DNA from: an uncultured Solirubrobacterales bacterium
Lineage (GTDB): Bacteria > Actinomycetota > Thermoleophilia > Solirubrobacterales > 70-9
NCBI GenBank assembly: GCA_963842375.1
Contig: CAWJGB010000013.1
Location: 170,665 to 234,664, forward strand
Length of the DNA stretch: 64,000 nt
Reading direction: 5' to 3'
Numbering within the stretch: position 1 is the stretch's first letter; every line of letters begins with the position of its first letter. The position numbers and the translations under genes were made by a program. This document shows positions 33,560-43,485 of this stretch, piece after piece. Under the pieces are notes generated by a model. That model worked only from the letters and a program-made list of their open reading frames with translations. It was not told where the DNA came from and ran no database searches.

Positions 33560-33576
33560 ACTTCAAAAAGTATAGC
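33560..33576 (-). promoter_or_regulatory. Second copy of the AT-rich 17-mer, 27 nt upstream of the moeZ start
   Basis: Identical sequence, read directly. It is followed by ggatttaggag (RBS) and ATG 33532. Confidence 0.45.
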
Positions 33577-33682
33577 GAGACCGGCTCCGACATCCATGTT
33601 CTGATTCATGTTCGTGGAGCCAAGGAGAGCGACCGGACACGCGATTGCCGCCATTCCCCGGACGCGAGCGAAGAGGCGATGG

Positions 33683-34543
33683 CTATAGAGAGGGGCGCAT
33701 CTGTCGAAGGCGCTTGACGCGCTCCTCGATCGGCGGATGGGTGGAGAAGAGACCGGCTATGCCCTTGCTGGAGAAGGGCTTGACGATGTAGAGCGGCTCC
33801 GCCGCCTGGTTGACCCGCATCGGCATCTGCGCCGCTCCCTGGTCGAGCCGCAACAGGGCGCTGGCCAGCGCCTCGGGGTTGCCGCAGATTTCGGCGCCCC
33901 CGGCGTCGGCGGCGAACTCGCGCTGGCGCGAGATCGAGAGCTGGATGATCGTCGCCGCGATCGGAGCCAGCAGGACCAGCGCCAGCGAGGAGATCAGGCC
34001 GAGGGGCGAGTTGTTGTCCTCGCCGCCGAACCAGATCAACATGTAGGCGAGGTAGGTGATCGCCGCGCCGATCGTCGCCGCCACCGACTGGATCAGGATG
34101 TCGCGGTGCTTGACGTGGGTGAGCTCGTGGGAGAGCACGCCGCGCAGCTCTTCGTCGGAGAGGAGACTGAGGATGCCGCGGGTGACGGCGACTGCCGCGT
34201 GCTGGGGGTTGCGGCCGGTGGCGAAGGCGTTGGGCTGGTCGACGGGAATCACGTAGAGGCGCGGCATCGGCAAATCGGCGCGCGTGGTGAGTTCGCGGAC
34301 GATCTGGTAAAGCTTCGGCGCTTCGGCTTCGGAGACCGGCTTGGCGCCGCTCATCGTCAGCGCCAGCTTGTCGCTGAAGTAGTAGGAGCCCATGTTCATC
34401 AGGGCCGCCATGAAGAGGAAGAGCAGCGCCGTTGAGGCGCCGCCGATCGCGAAGCCGATCACGACGAGCAGGCCCGAGAGAGTCGCCAGCAGGATCGTCG
34501 TGCGGAGGGTCGCTCCGAAGTTCGATTGCTTGGTGGTGGTCAT
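33683..34543 (-). CDS. htpX: Protease HtpX homologue (M48, membrane)
   Basis: HELTHVKHRD zinc motif, four hydrophobic segments, and a C-terminal STHPPIEERV segment. Confidence 0.9.
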   Translation of the reverse strand: MTTTKQSNFGATLRTTILLATLSGLLVVIGFAIGGASTALLFLFMAALMNMGSYYFSDKLALTMSGAKPVSEAEAPKLYQIVRELTTRADLPMPRLYVIPVDQPNAFATGRNPQHAAVAVTRGILSLLSDEELRGVLSHELTHVKHRDILIQSVAATIGAAITYLAYMLIWFGGEDNNSPLGLISSLALVLLAPIAATIIQLSISRQREFAADAGGAEICGNPEALASALLRLDQGAAQMPMRVNQAAEPLYIVKPFSSKGIAGLFSTHPPIEERVKRLRQMRPSL

Positions 34544-34618
34544 CGCTGTCGTGCTCCTAGTCGGGTGCTCTGCAAATTATGACGCACACCCATAACCGAC
34601 CGCTTCGGTAGGATTTAG

Positions 34619-35095
34619 GTGATGCTGTTCTCGACCAAAGCCGAGTACGGGGTGCGACTAATGGTCGAGCTGGGGCGGCAGCCCGGCTCGGTCCCGGTTT
34701 CCCTCAGCGCCGTCGCCGAGGCGGAGCGGCTGCCGCTCTCCTACCTCGAGCACCTAGTCGCCAAACTGCGCAAGGCCGGCCTCGTCACATCCACTCGCGG
34801 TGCCCACGGCGGCTACCGCCTGGCCAAGCCGGCGGAGGAGATCACGATGGACGCGGTGGTCGAGGCGCTCGAGGGGCAGATCGCCCCGATGGAGTGCTTC
34901 CACGAGACACCCGAGGGCAAAGTGCTGTGCTCACACGAGAGTGACGGCGATCGCGCCTGCGCGACGAAGCTGCTGTGGACGCGGGTGCAAGGCGGCGTGA
35001 CGAAGGCGCTAGCCGGCACGACTCTGGCCGAGCTGGTGGAGTTCGCCGGTCCCGAGGTGTCTCGCAAGACCGTGGCGCTCGGCAGCGCCGCCTGA
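34619..35095 (+). CDS. Rrf2-family transcriptional regulator (IscR/CymR-like, three clustered Cys)
   Basis: MLFSTKAEYGVRLMVEL... HTH region. Cys cluster MECFHETPEGKVLCSHESDGDRAC. Located directly upstream of sufC. Confidence 0.88.
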   Translation: MMLFSTKAEYGVRLMVELGRQPGSVPVSLSAVAEAERLPLSYLEHLVAKLRKAGLVTSTRGAHGGYRLAKPAEEITMDAVVEALEGQIAPMECFHETPEGKVLCSHESDGDRACATKLLWTRVQGGVTKALAGTTLAELVEFAGPEVSRKTVALGSAA

Positions 35096-35114
35096 CTTAA
35101 ACCCAGAAAACGGA

Positions 35115-35891
35115 GTGAAATTGGCTGAGCTGGAGATTCGCAACCTGCATGTGAGCGTCGAGGACAAGGAGATCCTGCGCGGACTCGATCTCGACGTCGA
35201 GAAGGGCAAGGTGCATGCGCTGATGGGCCCGAACGGGTCGGGCAAGTCAACTCTAGCCAACGCGATCATGGGCCACCCGGCGCTGGAGGTAACCGAGGGG
35301 ACGATCGTATTTAAGGGCGAGGACATGACCGAGGCCGATCCCGACGAGCGCTCGCAGGCGGGCCTCTTCATGGCCTTCCAGTACCCGGTCGCGATCCCCG
35401 GCGTCTCAATCAGCAAGTACCTGCGGATGGTGATCAACGCCCACCGCGAGGCGCGCGGCGAGGAGCCGATCAAGATTAAGGATTTCGCCAAGATCGCCCA
35501 GGCGGCGATGGAGCTGGCGAATATCCCCAAGGACTTCTCCAGCCGCTACCTGAACGACGGCTTCTCCGGCGGCGAGAAGAAGCGGATGGAGCTGCTCCAG
35601 CTGGCGCTGCTGCGGCCCGAGATCGCGATCCTCGACGAGACCGACTCGGGCCTTGACATCGACGCGCTGCGAACCGTCGCCGAGGGCGTCAACCGCTTCG
35701 CCGGCCCCGAGATGGGCGTACTGATCATCACCCACTACCAGCGCATCCTGCACATGGTCAAGCCAGACTTCGTCCACGTGATGTTCGAGGGGCGGATCGT
35801 CAAGGAGGGCGGTCCGGAGCTGGTCAGCGTGCTCGAGGAGAAGGGCTACGGCTGGATCCGCGAGGAGGTGGAGGCGGGCGCCTCAGCCTAG
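35115..35891 (+). CDS. sufC: Fe-S cluster assembly ATPase SufC
   Basis: Walker A GPNGSGKST, signature FSGGEKKR and Walker B AILDE. Confidence 0.92.
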   Translation: MKLAELEIRNLHVSVEDKEILRGLDLDVEKGKVHALMGPNGSGKSTLANAIMGHPALEVTEGTIVFKGEDMTEADPDERSQAGLFMAFQYPVAIPGVSISKYLRMVINAHREARGEEPIKIKDFAKIAQAAMELANIPKDFSSRYLNDGFSGGEKKRMELLQLALLRPEIAILDETDSGLDIDALRTVAEGVNRFAGPEMGVLIITHYQRILHMVKPDFVHVMFEGRIVKEGGPELVSVLEEKGYGWIREEVEAGASA

Positions 35892-35901
35892 CCTCTGGAC
35901 G

Positions 35902-37167
35902 ATGGAGCCGGCGAGCACCACGGGCCAGGCCCCGACCGCGGCGTTCCCGATCGAGAAGGTCCGCTCCGCCTTCCCGGCGCTTGAGCGCGAGGTGCACGGG
36001 CGGCCGGTCGCCTACCTCGACAGCGGCGCCAGCTCCCAGCGGGTGCTGGCCTCGATCCAGGCGGTCGACCGCTACGAGCGCCGCCACCACGCCAATGTCC
36101 ACCGCGGCTCCCACACGCTGTCGGCGGAGGCGACCGAAGCCTTCGAGGGGGCGCGGGCGACGGTCGCCGACCACATCGGCGCCGCCGACCGGCGCGAGGT
36201 TGTCTTCGTCCGCAACGCGACCGAGGCGATCAACCTGGTTGCGCGGGCCTGGGGCGACGCCAACGTCGGCGCGGGCGACCGGATCGTCCTCACCGAGATG
36301 GAGCACCACTCCAACATCGTTCCCTGGCAGCAGCTGGCCGAGCGGGCCGGGGCGGAGATCGATTGGGTGCCGATCGACGGCGAGGGCCGACTCGAGATGG
36401 AGGCGCTCGCCGGGCTGCTGGAGCGCGGGCCGAAGCTCCTCGCCGTAGCCCACGTCTCCAACGTGCTGGGGACAGAGAACCCGGTGGCGGAGATCGCGCG
36501 GCTGGCACATGAGGCGGGTGCGCTGATGCTGGCCGACGGGGCGCAGGCAGCGCCGAAGCTGCCGCTGGACGTGGCTGCGCTGGGGGTCGACTTCTACACG
36601 CTGACCGGGCACAAGATCTACGGGCCGACAGGGGTCGGAGCGCTGTGGGGGCGACTAGAGCTGTTGCGGGCGATGCCGCCGTTCATGGGGGGCGGCTCGA
36701 TGATCCGCAAGGTCACCAAGGAGGGGACAACCTACGCCGACCCGCCCGCGCGCTTTGAGGCCGGGACGCCGGCGATCGCGCAGGCGATCGGGATGGCCTC
36801 GGCGCTGCGCTGGCTCGACGGGCTCGGAATGGACGCTGTGCGCGAGCACGAGCGCGGGATCGCCGACTACGCGCTGGAGCGGCTGGCCGAGGTGCCGGGG
36901 CTGCGGGTCTTCGGTCCGCCGCACGGGGCCGAGCGGATCGGCCCCGTCTCCTTCGAGATCGAGGGCATCCACGCCCATGACGTCTCCGAGATCCTCGACC
37001 GCCACGGCATCGCGGTCCGCGCCGGCCACCACTGCGCCCAAGTCCTGATGGACCGCCTCGGCGTCCCAGCCACCGCCCGAGCCAGCTTCGCCGTTCACAC
37101 TACTCCCGAGGAGATCGACCGCTTGGTCGACGGCCTCCATGACGCCCGAAAGGTGTTCGGCCTCTGA
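35902..37167 (+). CDS. sufS: Cysteine desulfurase SufS (class V aminotransferase)
   Basis: HHANVHRGSHTLS, TGHKIYGPTGVG (PLP Lys) and RAGHHCAQ (catalytic Cys). Confidence 0.92.
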   Translation: MEPASTTGQAPTAAFPIEKVRSAFPALEREVHGRPVAYLDSGASSQRVLASIQAVDRYERRHHANVHRGSHTLSAEATEAFEGARATVADHIGAADRREVVFVRNATEAINLVARAWGDANVGAGDRIVLTEMEHHSNIVPWQQLAERAGAEIDWVPIDGEGRLEMEALAGLLERGPKLLAVAHVSNVLGTENPVAEIARLAHEAGALMLADGAQAAPKLPLDVAALGVDFYTLTGHKIYGPTGVGALWGRLELLRAMPPFMGGGSMIRKVTKEGTTYADPPARFEAGTPAIAQAIGMASALRWLDGLGMDAVREHERGIADYALERLAEVPGLRVFGPPHGAERIGPVSFEIEGIHAHDVSEILDRHGIAVRAGHHCAQVLMDRLGVPATARASFAVHTTPEEIDRLVDGLHDARKVFGL

Positions 37168-37592
37168 TGGACGAGCTTTACCGGGACCAGATCCTCGAGC
37201 ACTACAAGCGGCCGCACAACTTCGGGCGACTGGAGCACCCCGACCTGGAGTTCGAGGACACCAACCCGTTCTGCGGCGATGAGCAGCACGTGACGATCCG
37301 GCTGGATGAGGATGGCAAGGTCGCCGAGGTTGCCTTCGAGGGCAAGGGGTGCGCGATCTCCACCGCAGCGACCTCGCTGCTCACCGATGAGCTAGTCGGC
37401 AAGACGCGGGAGGAGCTGCTGCGACTACCCAAGGAGTACGTCCTTGACCTGCTCGGGATCGAGATCTCGGCGACGCGGATGAAGTGCGCGATGCTGGGTC
37501 TGAAGGTCGTGAAGAGCGCCAGCCTCGGCGAGCCCGCCGAATGGGAGGAGGAGGGCGAGGCAGGCGACCCGGCCGAGGCGACGACGATCTGA
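37167..37592 (+). CDS. sufU: SufU/IscU-like Fe-S scaffold or sulfur acceptor
   Basis: NPFCGDE, GKGCAIS and MKCAML Cys motifs. The ATG overlaps the sufS stop. Confidence 0.9.
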   Translation: MDELYRDQILEHYKRPHNFGRLEHPDLEFEDTNPFCGDEQHVTIRLDEDGKVAEVAFEGKGCAISTAATSLLTDELVGKTREELLRLPKEYVLDLLGIEISATRMKCAMLGLKVVKSASLGEPAEWEEEGEAGDPAEATTI

Positions 37593-37628
37593 GCACGCGG
37601 CTCCGATCTCGCCGCCCCGGCGGGAGCG

Positions 37629-38420
37629 CTATGCCGCAGCACTCTCCTCGGGCATCTTGATCACGGCGAACATCGCGCCGTGGGGGTCGTGGACCACGGC
37701 GAAGCGGCCGGCCATGATGTCGATCGGGCCGAAGGCGACACCGCCGCCCAGCTCCTTCACCTTCTCGATCGCCGCGTCGGTGTCATCGACCGCGAAGTAG
37801 GTGAGCCAGTTGGGCGGCACCTCGTCGGGGACGCGGCCGCGCATGTCCATCATCCCGCCCATCGGATCCTCGCCGATCTTCCACTCGACGTAGGTGCCCA
37901 TCTCGCCCATGTTGTGCTCGGCGGGCTCCCAACCGAAGACGGCGCCGTAGAAGTCCTTGGCGGCGTCGGGGTCGCGGGTGTTGAGCTCGTTCCAGGTGAA
38001 GGCGCCCGGCTCGTTGACGAGGCCCGCGCCAGGGAAGGCGCGCGGCTGCCAAATGCCGAACACGGCTCCCGCCGGGTCGGAGAGAACCGCCATGCGGCCG
38101 ATGTCGAGCACGTCCATCGGGTCCATCATCACGTTGCCACCGGCCTCGCGGACCTTTGCCGCTGTCGCGTCGGCGTCCTCGACCGAGACGTAGGTCATCC
38201 AGGCTGGCGGCTGGCCCTCCTGCATCAGCTTCATCACGCCGCCGATCGCTTTCCCCCGCAGCGTCGCGGTGCGGTAGCCACCGGTCTGCTCGGGGTTCTC
38301 CCCCTCCTGCACGTCCCAGCCGAACAGGGCGCCGTAGAACTCGGCCGCCGCATCCTGGTCGGGGGTGCCGAGGTCGACCCAGGACGGGGTGCCCGGCTTG
38401 TAGCTCGTCCTCTCACTCAT
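37629..38420 (-). CDS. Two-domain VOC (glyoxalase/bleomycin-resistance fold) protein
   Basis: Start set to ATG 38420 (MSERTSYKPGTPSWVDLGT). Two repeats of the ...FYGALFGW / ...FYGAVFGW module. Confidence 0.85.
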   Translation of the reverse strand: MSERTSYKPGTPSWVDLGTPDQDAAAEFYGALFGWDVQEGENPEQTGGYRTATLRGKAIGGVMKLMQEGQPPAWMTYVSVEDADATAAKVREAGGNVMMDPMDVLDIGRMAVLSDPAGAVFGIWQPRAFPGAGLVNEPGAFTWNELNTRDPDAAKDFYGAVFGWEPAEHNMGEMGTYVEWKIGEDPMGGMMDMRGRVPDEVPPNWLTYFAVDDTDAAIEKVKELGGGVAFGPIDIMAGRFAVVHDPHGAMFAVIKMPEESAAA

Positions 38421-38589
38421 ACTGCTTCCTTTCCTCGAAGGTTCCGGCGATCCTCTCACCTGAGAGGGGCCGGTGGTCAACCGCTTGTTACGAGGGCGGG
38501 GCCGATCCGGTTCGGCCGCTAAAATCCGACTGTAGCAGTAGGATTAAGTCTAAAGTCGCACGAGCCACCGTGGGAGAGCACCGATTCCC

Positions 38590-38919
38590 TTGCCAGATAC
38601 CGCCAGGACATCCATCTCCGTCTGCCCCGTCGCCGAGCTGCCGCCCGGCGGGATGCGCCTGATCGAGCATGAGGGGCGCAAGATCGGGGTCTTCAACTGC
38701 GAGGGGGCGCTGTACGCGATCGAGGACCGCTGCTCCCACGACGACGGGCCGCTCGCCGAGGGGGAGTTCGATCCGAGAACCTGCACGGTCGAGTGCCCCC
38801 GCCACGGCTCGCTCTTTGACCTGAGCACCGGCAGGCCGAAGACGCTCCCCGCCTATGCTCCGGTACAGACGTTCCCGATAGCCGTCGAGAACGACACCAT
38901 CGTCTTGGAGGTCGATTGA
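38590..38919 (+). CDS. Rieske [2Fe-2S] ferredoxin-like protein
   Basis: CSHDDGPL ... CPRHGSLF Rieske motifs. Its stop overlaps the sufB start. Confidence 0.88.
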   Translation: MPDTARTSISVCPVAELPPGGMRLIEHEGRKIGVFNCEGALYAIEDRCSHDDGPLAEGEFDPRTCTVECPRHGSLFDLSTGRPKTLPAYAPVQTFPIAVENDTIVLEVD

Positions 38920-40355
38920 CCGTGGCAACGCCCGAGGTAGTCACTGAGAAGAGAGAACTAGCCGGCATCAACGCCGACTACAAGGAGAAGTTCGGCTTCC
39001 ACGACCCCGAGACCGGCTACGCCTACAAGGCCCCGAAGGGCCTCTCGCGGGAGGTGGTCGAATCGATCTCCTCCTACAAGGACGAGCCGCAGTGGATGCG
39101 GGCTTTCCGGCTGAAGGCGCTGGAGCACTTCAAAGCGCGCCCGACCCCGACCTGGGGCGGCAACCTCGCCCAGATCGACTTCAACGACATCCACTACTTC
39201 GTGCGCGCCTCAGAGAAGAACAGCCGCGACTGGAGCGAGGTCCCCGAGGACATTAAGAACACCTTCGATCGGCTCGGCATCCCCGAGGCGGAGCGCAAAT
39301 TCCTCTCTGGGGTCGGCGCGCAGTACGAGTCCGAGGTCGTCTACCACCAGGTCAATGAGAAGCTCGAGGCCCAGGGCGTGATCTTCACCGACATGGACAC
39401 CGCGCTGCGCGAGCATGAAGACCTCCTCCGCGAATACTGGGCTACGGTGATCCCGCCCAACGACAACAAACTGGCGGCCCTCAACTCCGCGGTGTGGTCG
39501 GGAGGCTCTTTCGTCTACGTGCCGGCCGGGGTCAAGGTAGAGATGCCGCTCCAGGCCTACTTCCGGATCAACACCGAGAACATGGGCCAGTTCGAGCGAA
39601 CCTTGATCATTGCCGAGGAAGGCGCCGACGTCCACTACATTGAGGGGTGCACGGCGCCGGTCTACTCGAGCGACTCGCTGCACTCCGCGGTGGTCGAGAT
39701 CGTCGCCAAGCCCAGCGCCCGCGTCCGCTACACGACCGTGCAGAACTGGTCGCAGAACGTCTACAACCTGGTCACCAAGCGAGCCGTCGCCCACGAGAAG
39801 GCGACGATGGAGTGGGTAGATTGCAATCTCGGCTCGAAGCTGACGATGAAGTACCCGTCGATCTACCTGCTCGGGCCCGAGGCCCACGGCGAGATCCTCT
39901 CGATCGCCTTCGCCGGCGAGGGTCAGCACCAAGACGCCGGCGGCAAGATCATCCACGTCGCGCCGCGCACTTCCTCCTCGATCTTCTCCAAGTCGATCTC
40001 CAAGGACGGCGGGCGGGCGACCTACCGGGGGCTGCTAGAGGTCGCCGACGGCGCGACCGAGGCGCGCTCGAAGGTCGTCTGCGACGCGCTGCTGCTCGAC
40101 GAGGACTCGCGCTCGGACACCTACCCGACGATCCGCATCGACGAGAACGACGCCGATGTCGGCCACGAGGCGACCGTCTCCAAGATCGGCGACGAGCAGC
40201 TCTTCTACCTGCAGAGCCGCGGGCTGAGCGAGGAGGAGGCCTCGAAGATGATCGTCAACGGCTTTATCGAGCCTGTCACCAAGGAGCTGCCGATGGAGTA
40301 CGCGGTGGAGCTGAACCGACTGATTGAGCTGCAGATGGAGGGGAGTATTGGCTGA
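38916..40355 (+). CDS. sufB: Fe-S cluster assembly protein SufB
   Basis: 479 aa with typical SufB segments, ...[23 protein letters not shown]... and ...[20 protein letters not shown]. Confidence 0.92.
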   Translation: MTVATPEVVTEKRELAGINADYKEKFGFHDPETGYAYKAPKGLSREVVESISSYKDEPQWMRAFRLKALEHFKARPTPTWGGNLAQIDFNDIHYFVRASEKNSRDWSEVPEDIKNTFDRLGIPEAERKFLSGVGAQYESEVVYHQVNEKLEAQGVIFTDMDTALREHEDLLREYWATVIPPNDNKLAALNSAVWSGGSFVYVPAGVKVEMPLQAYFRINTENMGQFERTLIIAEEGADVHYIEGCTAPVYSSDSLHSAVVEIVAKPSARVRYTTVQNWSQNVYNLVTKRAVAHEKATMEWVDCNLGSKLTMKYPSIYLLGPEAHGEILSIAFAGEGQHQDAGGKIIHVAPRTSSSIFSKSISKDGGRATYRGLLEVADGATEARSKVVCDALLLDEDSRSDTYPTIRIDENDADVGHEATVSKIGDEQLFYLQSRGLSEEEASKMIVNGFIEPVTKELPMEYAVELNRLIELQMEGSIG

Positions 40356-41508
40356 GGTCGCGACCGAACCTGCTTGGCTTTCAGAGAGGCGCCAGAGAGG
40401 CGCCTCTCTCGCGCAGAGCCTTCCCCTCCCCGACCAGAAGGCGAGGGGGTGGGAATTCACCGACCTCTCCGGGCTGGAGATCGACGCCTATGAGGCAGCC
40501 GCGCCCGAGGCGGATGTCGGCGGTGCCGAGGGGGCGACGGTTATGCCTCTGGCCGAAGCACTCTCCTCCCACGCCGAGTTGCTCCATGAGCACCTCGGGT
40601 CGCTGGTGCCGATCGAGGACCCCTTCGTCGCCCGCAACGAGTTGGCCTGGCGGGACGGTGTTCTGGTTCATGTTCCCACCCGGGTCAAGGTCAAGGAACC
40701 GATCCGGGTTAAAATCCCGCTCGACCAAAACGGCGCCGCCGTTAGCTGGCGCACCCTGGTCGTGCTGGAGGAGGGCGCCGAGGCTGAAGTCTGGGAGCAC
40801 TGCTCCTCCGCCGCCGACGACGTCGACGCCCTGCTCAACTCGGTGGTCGAGCTGGCGGTCGGGCAGGCCGCGACGCTGCGCTACCTCAGCATCCAGGACA
40901 TCTCAGAGTGCGCCTGGATCTTCTCCTCGCAGCGTGCGCAGGTGCAGCGCGACGGGCGGCTGGAGTGGACTGCGCTTGGATTCGGCTCGGCACGGGGCAA
41001 GGTGCGAATGGAGACGAAGCTGGCGGGACCGGGCGCCGAGGCGCGGGTCACCGGCGGCTATGCGGGTGGCGCCGGGCAGCATCTCGACTACGACACGACG
41101 CAGGAGCACGCAGCGCCCAACACTAGCTCCGATCTCGCCTTCCGCGGCCTCCTCGCTGCCGGCTCAACCGCCGTCTGGCGCGGGATGATCAAGGTCGACC
41201 CCGGCGCCCAGCAGACCGACGCCTTCCAAGAGAGTCGCAACCTCCTGCTCTCCACCGATGCTCACGCCGACGCGATCCCGGGTTTGGAGATTCTCGCCGA
41301 CGATGTTCGCTGCACCCACGCTGCGGCGATCGCACAGATCGACCGCGACCAGCTCTTCTACCTGATCTCGCGCGGGCTCGACCAGGCGGCGGCAAAGGGG
41401 CTGATCGTCGAGGGGTTCCTGGAGTCGCTGGTCAAGCGGTTGGCTGAGGGGTCCATGCGAGACGAGGTCTCAGCGGCGCTCGAGCAACGGCTCGCCGAGA
41501 TCCTCTGA
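40348..41508 (+). CDS. sufD: Fe-S cluster assembly protein SufD
   Basis: C-terminal ...[23 protein letters not shown] is SufD-like. The start is TTG 40348, overlapping the sufB stop, or TTG 40324. Confidence 0.88.
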   Translation: MAEVATEPAWLSERRQRGASLAQSLPLPDQKARGWEFTDLSGLEIDAYEAAAPEADVGGAEGATVMPLAEALSSHAELLHEHLGSLVPIEDPFVARNELAWRDGVLVHVPTRVKVKEPIRVKIPLDQNGAAVSWRTLVVLEEGAEAEVWEHCSSAADDVDALLNSVVELAVGQAATLRYLSIQDISECAWIFSSQRAQVQRDGRLEWTALGFGSARGKVRMETKLAGPGAEARVTGGYAGGAGQHLDYDTTQEHAAPNTSSDLAFRGLLAAGSTAVWRGMIKVDPGAQQTDAFQESRNLLLSTDAHADAIPGLEILADDVRCTHAAAIAQIDRDQLFYLISRGLDQAAAKGLIVEGFLESLVKRLAEGSMRDEVSAALEQRLAEIL

Positions 41509-41521
41509 TCCAACGGGAAGA

Positions 41522-41962
41522 TCACGGCGAGATCCGAAGGTCGGCGATGCCGATGTGAGAGGCGGCGACGATAACCGGAAACTGGCCTGCGCGACGCGCC
41601 CTGAAAGAGACGACTCTGCCGGATTCGACCGTCTCTGAGATCCCGTAGCCGGGGACTTCAATCCCGACCGGAGCATCGGTGTCGATACGAAAACGGATGC
41701 GGCCTCCCAGGTGGAAACGGAGTCGGACCGGGCCGGCGGATGGCGGAGCCCCGCCAATCACCCGGACGACCGGGATGCCGTGCGAAGGGTGTGGCTTGGG
41801 GGCGGGCTTGCCGGTGTCGACGCCGGATATCCGCGGCGCATCGATGGTCCCCTCGCTGCCGAAGAAGACGAATGCGACGACAACGCCGACTCCGAGCACT
41901 ATGCCGAGCGTGATCCCGACCGCTAAGTCAACTCGGCGGCCGCCCCGCTTAGGTCCTGACAA
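41522..41962 (-). CDS. Membrane-anchored protein with small beta-rich (cupredoxin-like?) ectodomain
   Basis: Start set to TTG 41962 (MSGPKRGGRRVDLAVGITLGIVLGVGVVVAFVFF). The domain assignment is uncertain. Confidence 0.55.
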   Translation of the reverse strand: MSGPKRGGRRVDLAVGITLGIVLGVGVVVAFVFFGSEGTIDAPRISGVDTGKPAPKPHPSHGIPVVRVIGGAPPSAGPVRLRFHLGGRIRFRIDTDAPVGIEVPGYGISETVESGRVVSFRARRAGQFPVIVAASHIGIADLRISP

Positions 41963-42014
41963 GTCCCCCCCTGCGCCGCAGCCTTGACACAGCGGCCCAG
42001 GATAACGTCCGCGG

Positions 42015-42839
42015 GTGCGCCCGGACCGGGACAGCATCGCAGCACCGGACCTGCCGGTGGGGATTGAGTGGGTCGGCGTGGAGCCGGAGTCAATGCCGGC
42101 ACTGACGGCGGGTGGGCCGGCGCTCGTCCACTTCCTCGACTTCGCCCAGCTCAACAGCGTGCGGACGCTGACCTACCTCACCGAGTGGAACCGCCGCTAT
42201 CGAGACGCCGGCCTCAGCATGATCGGGATCCAGACCCACCGCTTCCCGTTCGGTGCCGATCCCGACGTCGTCGCAAATGGGCTGGGACGCCTCGGCGTCG
42301 ACTTCCCGGTCGCGATCGACGCCGAGCGGCAACTGTGGCATGCCTATGGCTGCCGGGTCTGGCCGAGCCTCTTCCTCTGGAGCCTCGGCGGCGCTCTCGC
42401 CTGGTTTCACTTCGGCGAGGGCGAATACCTCGGAACCGAGGAGGCGATCCAGGCCGAGCTGCGCGAGATCGACGCCCTGCGCGAGCTGCCAGCGCCAATG
42501 ACCCCGTTGCGCCCGACCGACGGCCCAGGCACCCGAGTCATGGTCCCCAGCCCAGAGATCTTCCCCGGCGGCTCTTGGGAGCGACCATGGACCGCCGGCG
42601 AGGACGGCGATGAGCTGAGAGTCTCCTACGAGGCGGGCGGCGCCTACGCGACCGTCGAGGGCTATGGCACAATCGAGGTGGAACTCGACGGATCGAGCAA
42701 GGCAGCGATTACTGTCGGCATCCCGGCGCTCTACGCACTCGCCGAGCACGAGCGCCACGAGAGCCACTCCATCGCCCTCCGCCCCACTCCGAGCCTCCGC
42801 ATCTGGTCGATCGGCTTCGCCGCGGGCGTGCCCGGATGA
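42015..42839 (+). CDS. Thioredoxin-fold (DipZ C-terminal-like) protein lacking the CXXC active site
   Basis: LVHFLDFAQLNSVRTLTYL occupies the position where related proteins carry F-W-x-x-x-C-x-N-C. WPSLFLW is conserved. Confidence 0.7.
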   Translation: MRPDRDSIAAPDLPVGIEWVGVEPESMPALTAGGPALVHFLDFAQLNSVRTLTYLTEWNRRYRDAGLSMIGIQTHRFPFGADPDVVANGLGRLGVDFPVAIDAERQLWHAYGCRVWPSLFLWSLGGALAWFHFGEGEYLGTEEAIQAELREIDALRELPAPMTPLRPTDGPGTRVMVPSPEIFPGGSWERPWTAGEDGDELRVSYEAGGAYATVEGYGTIEVELDGSSKAAITVGIPALYALAEHERHESHSIALRPTPSLRIWSIGFAAGVPG

Positions 42840-43080
42840 TCGACCCTACTCCGTATCTCCACCCCTCCGGTGTACGGCCCTTCGGTCCAACGCTCGTTGC
42901 CCTGATGAAGTGGGAAACCGCCACCATACGGCGCCCCGGCGACCAACCCGTCTCACTATGCATCGCGGTTGCGGCGGCGCAATCGACGGCACGCTGCACT
43001 GCGACCGCAGCGGTGAGCAGGTCGACTTCGACGCAATCGACCTCCAGCTCGCCAGAAGCTTCCACTAGGCTCGCGGAATC

Positions 43081-43485
43081 GTGTCGAGGCGCGGTTTGAT
43101 GCTGGTCAATGTCATCTTCCGCATGGGTTACGGCGTGGGCGGCTTGGTAGCGCCCGCGACGATGGCCAACCTGAGGCTGACGCCGGACATCCGGGAACAC
43201 CCGGAAGCCCGGCTGTTCGTTCGCGGTTTCAGCGCTCATCAGATAGCCGTGGCGACCCTCGGCCTCGCCAGCTTCCGCTGGCGGCGACTAGAGCGACCGG
43301 CCGTGCTAGCCGCCGTGGCGATCGACGCCGCCGACATGCTCTCGGCTGTGGTCGAGACATGCGAACGAGGGCAGCTGGATGACGACCTTGCCGGTGGTCT
43401 CGTCTTCTCAGCGGCAGGCATCGCCACCGCTTCGCCGACTCTGCGCGCCCGGCGGCTGAGCTGGCTACTCAACAGCCGGCGGTGA
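43081..43485 (+). CDS. Hypothetical membrane protein
   Basis: Several hydrophobic segments. An alternative ATG start lies at 43099. Confidence 0.55.
   Translation: MSRRGLMLVNVIFRMGYGVGGLVAPATMANLRLTPDIREHPEARLFVRGFSAHQIAVATLGLASFRWRRLERPAVLAAVAIDAADMLSAVVETCERGQLDDDLAGGLVFSAAGIATASPTLRARRLSWLLNSRR

Noticed and set aside
41984-42017. TTGACA box upstream of GTG 42015, considered as a leaderless promoter.
   Set aside because: The best -10-like hexamer (TAACGT) is only 13 nt from the -35 box, which is the wrong spacing. Left uncalled.
42836-43068. Small ORF coupled by atga to the DipZ-like gene (MIDPTPYLHPSG...), plus a 36-aa Cys/His-containing frame (MHRGCGGAIDGTLHCDRSGEQV...).
   Set aside because: The two pieces are in different frames, neither has a recognisable motif, and a frameshift cannot be placed. 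Too weak to call.
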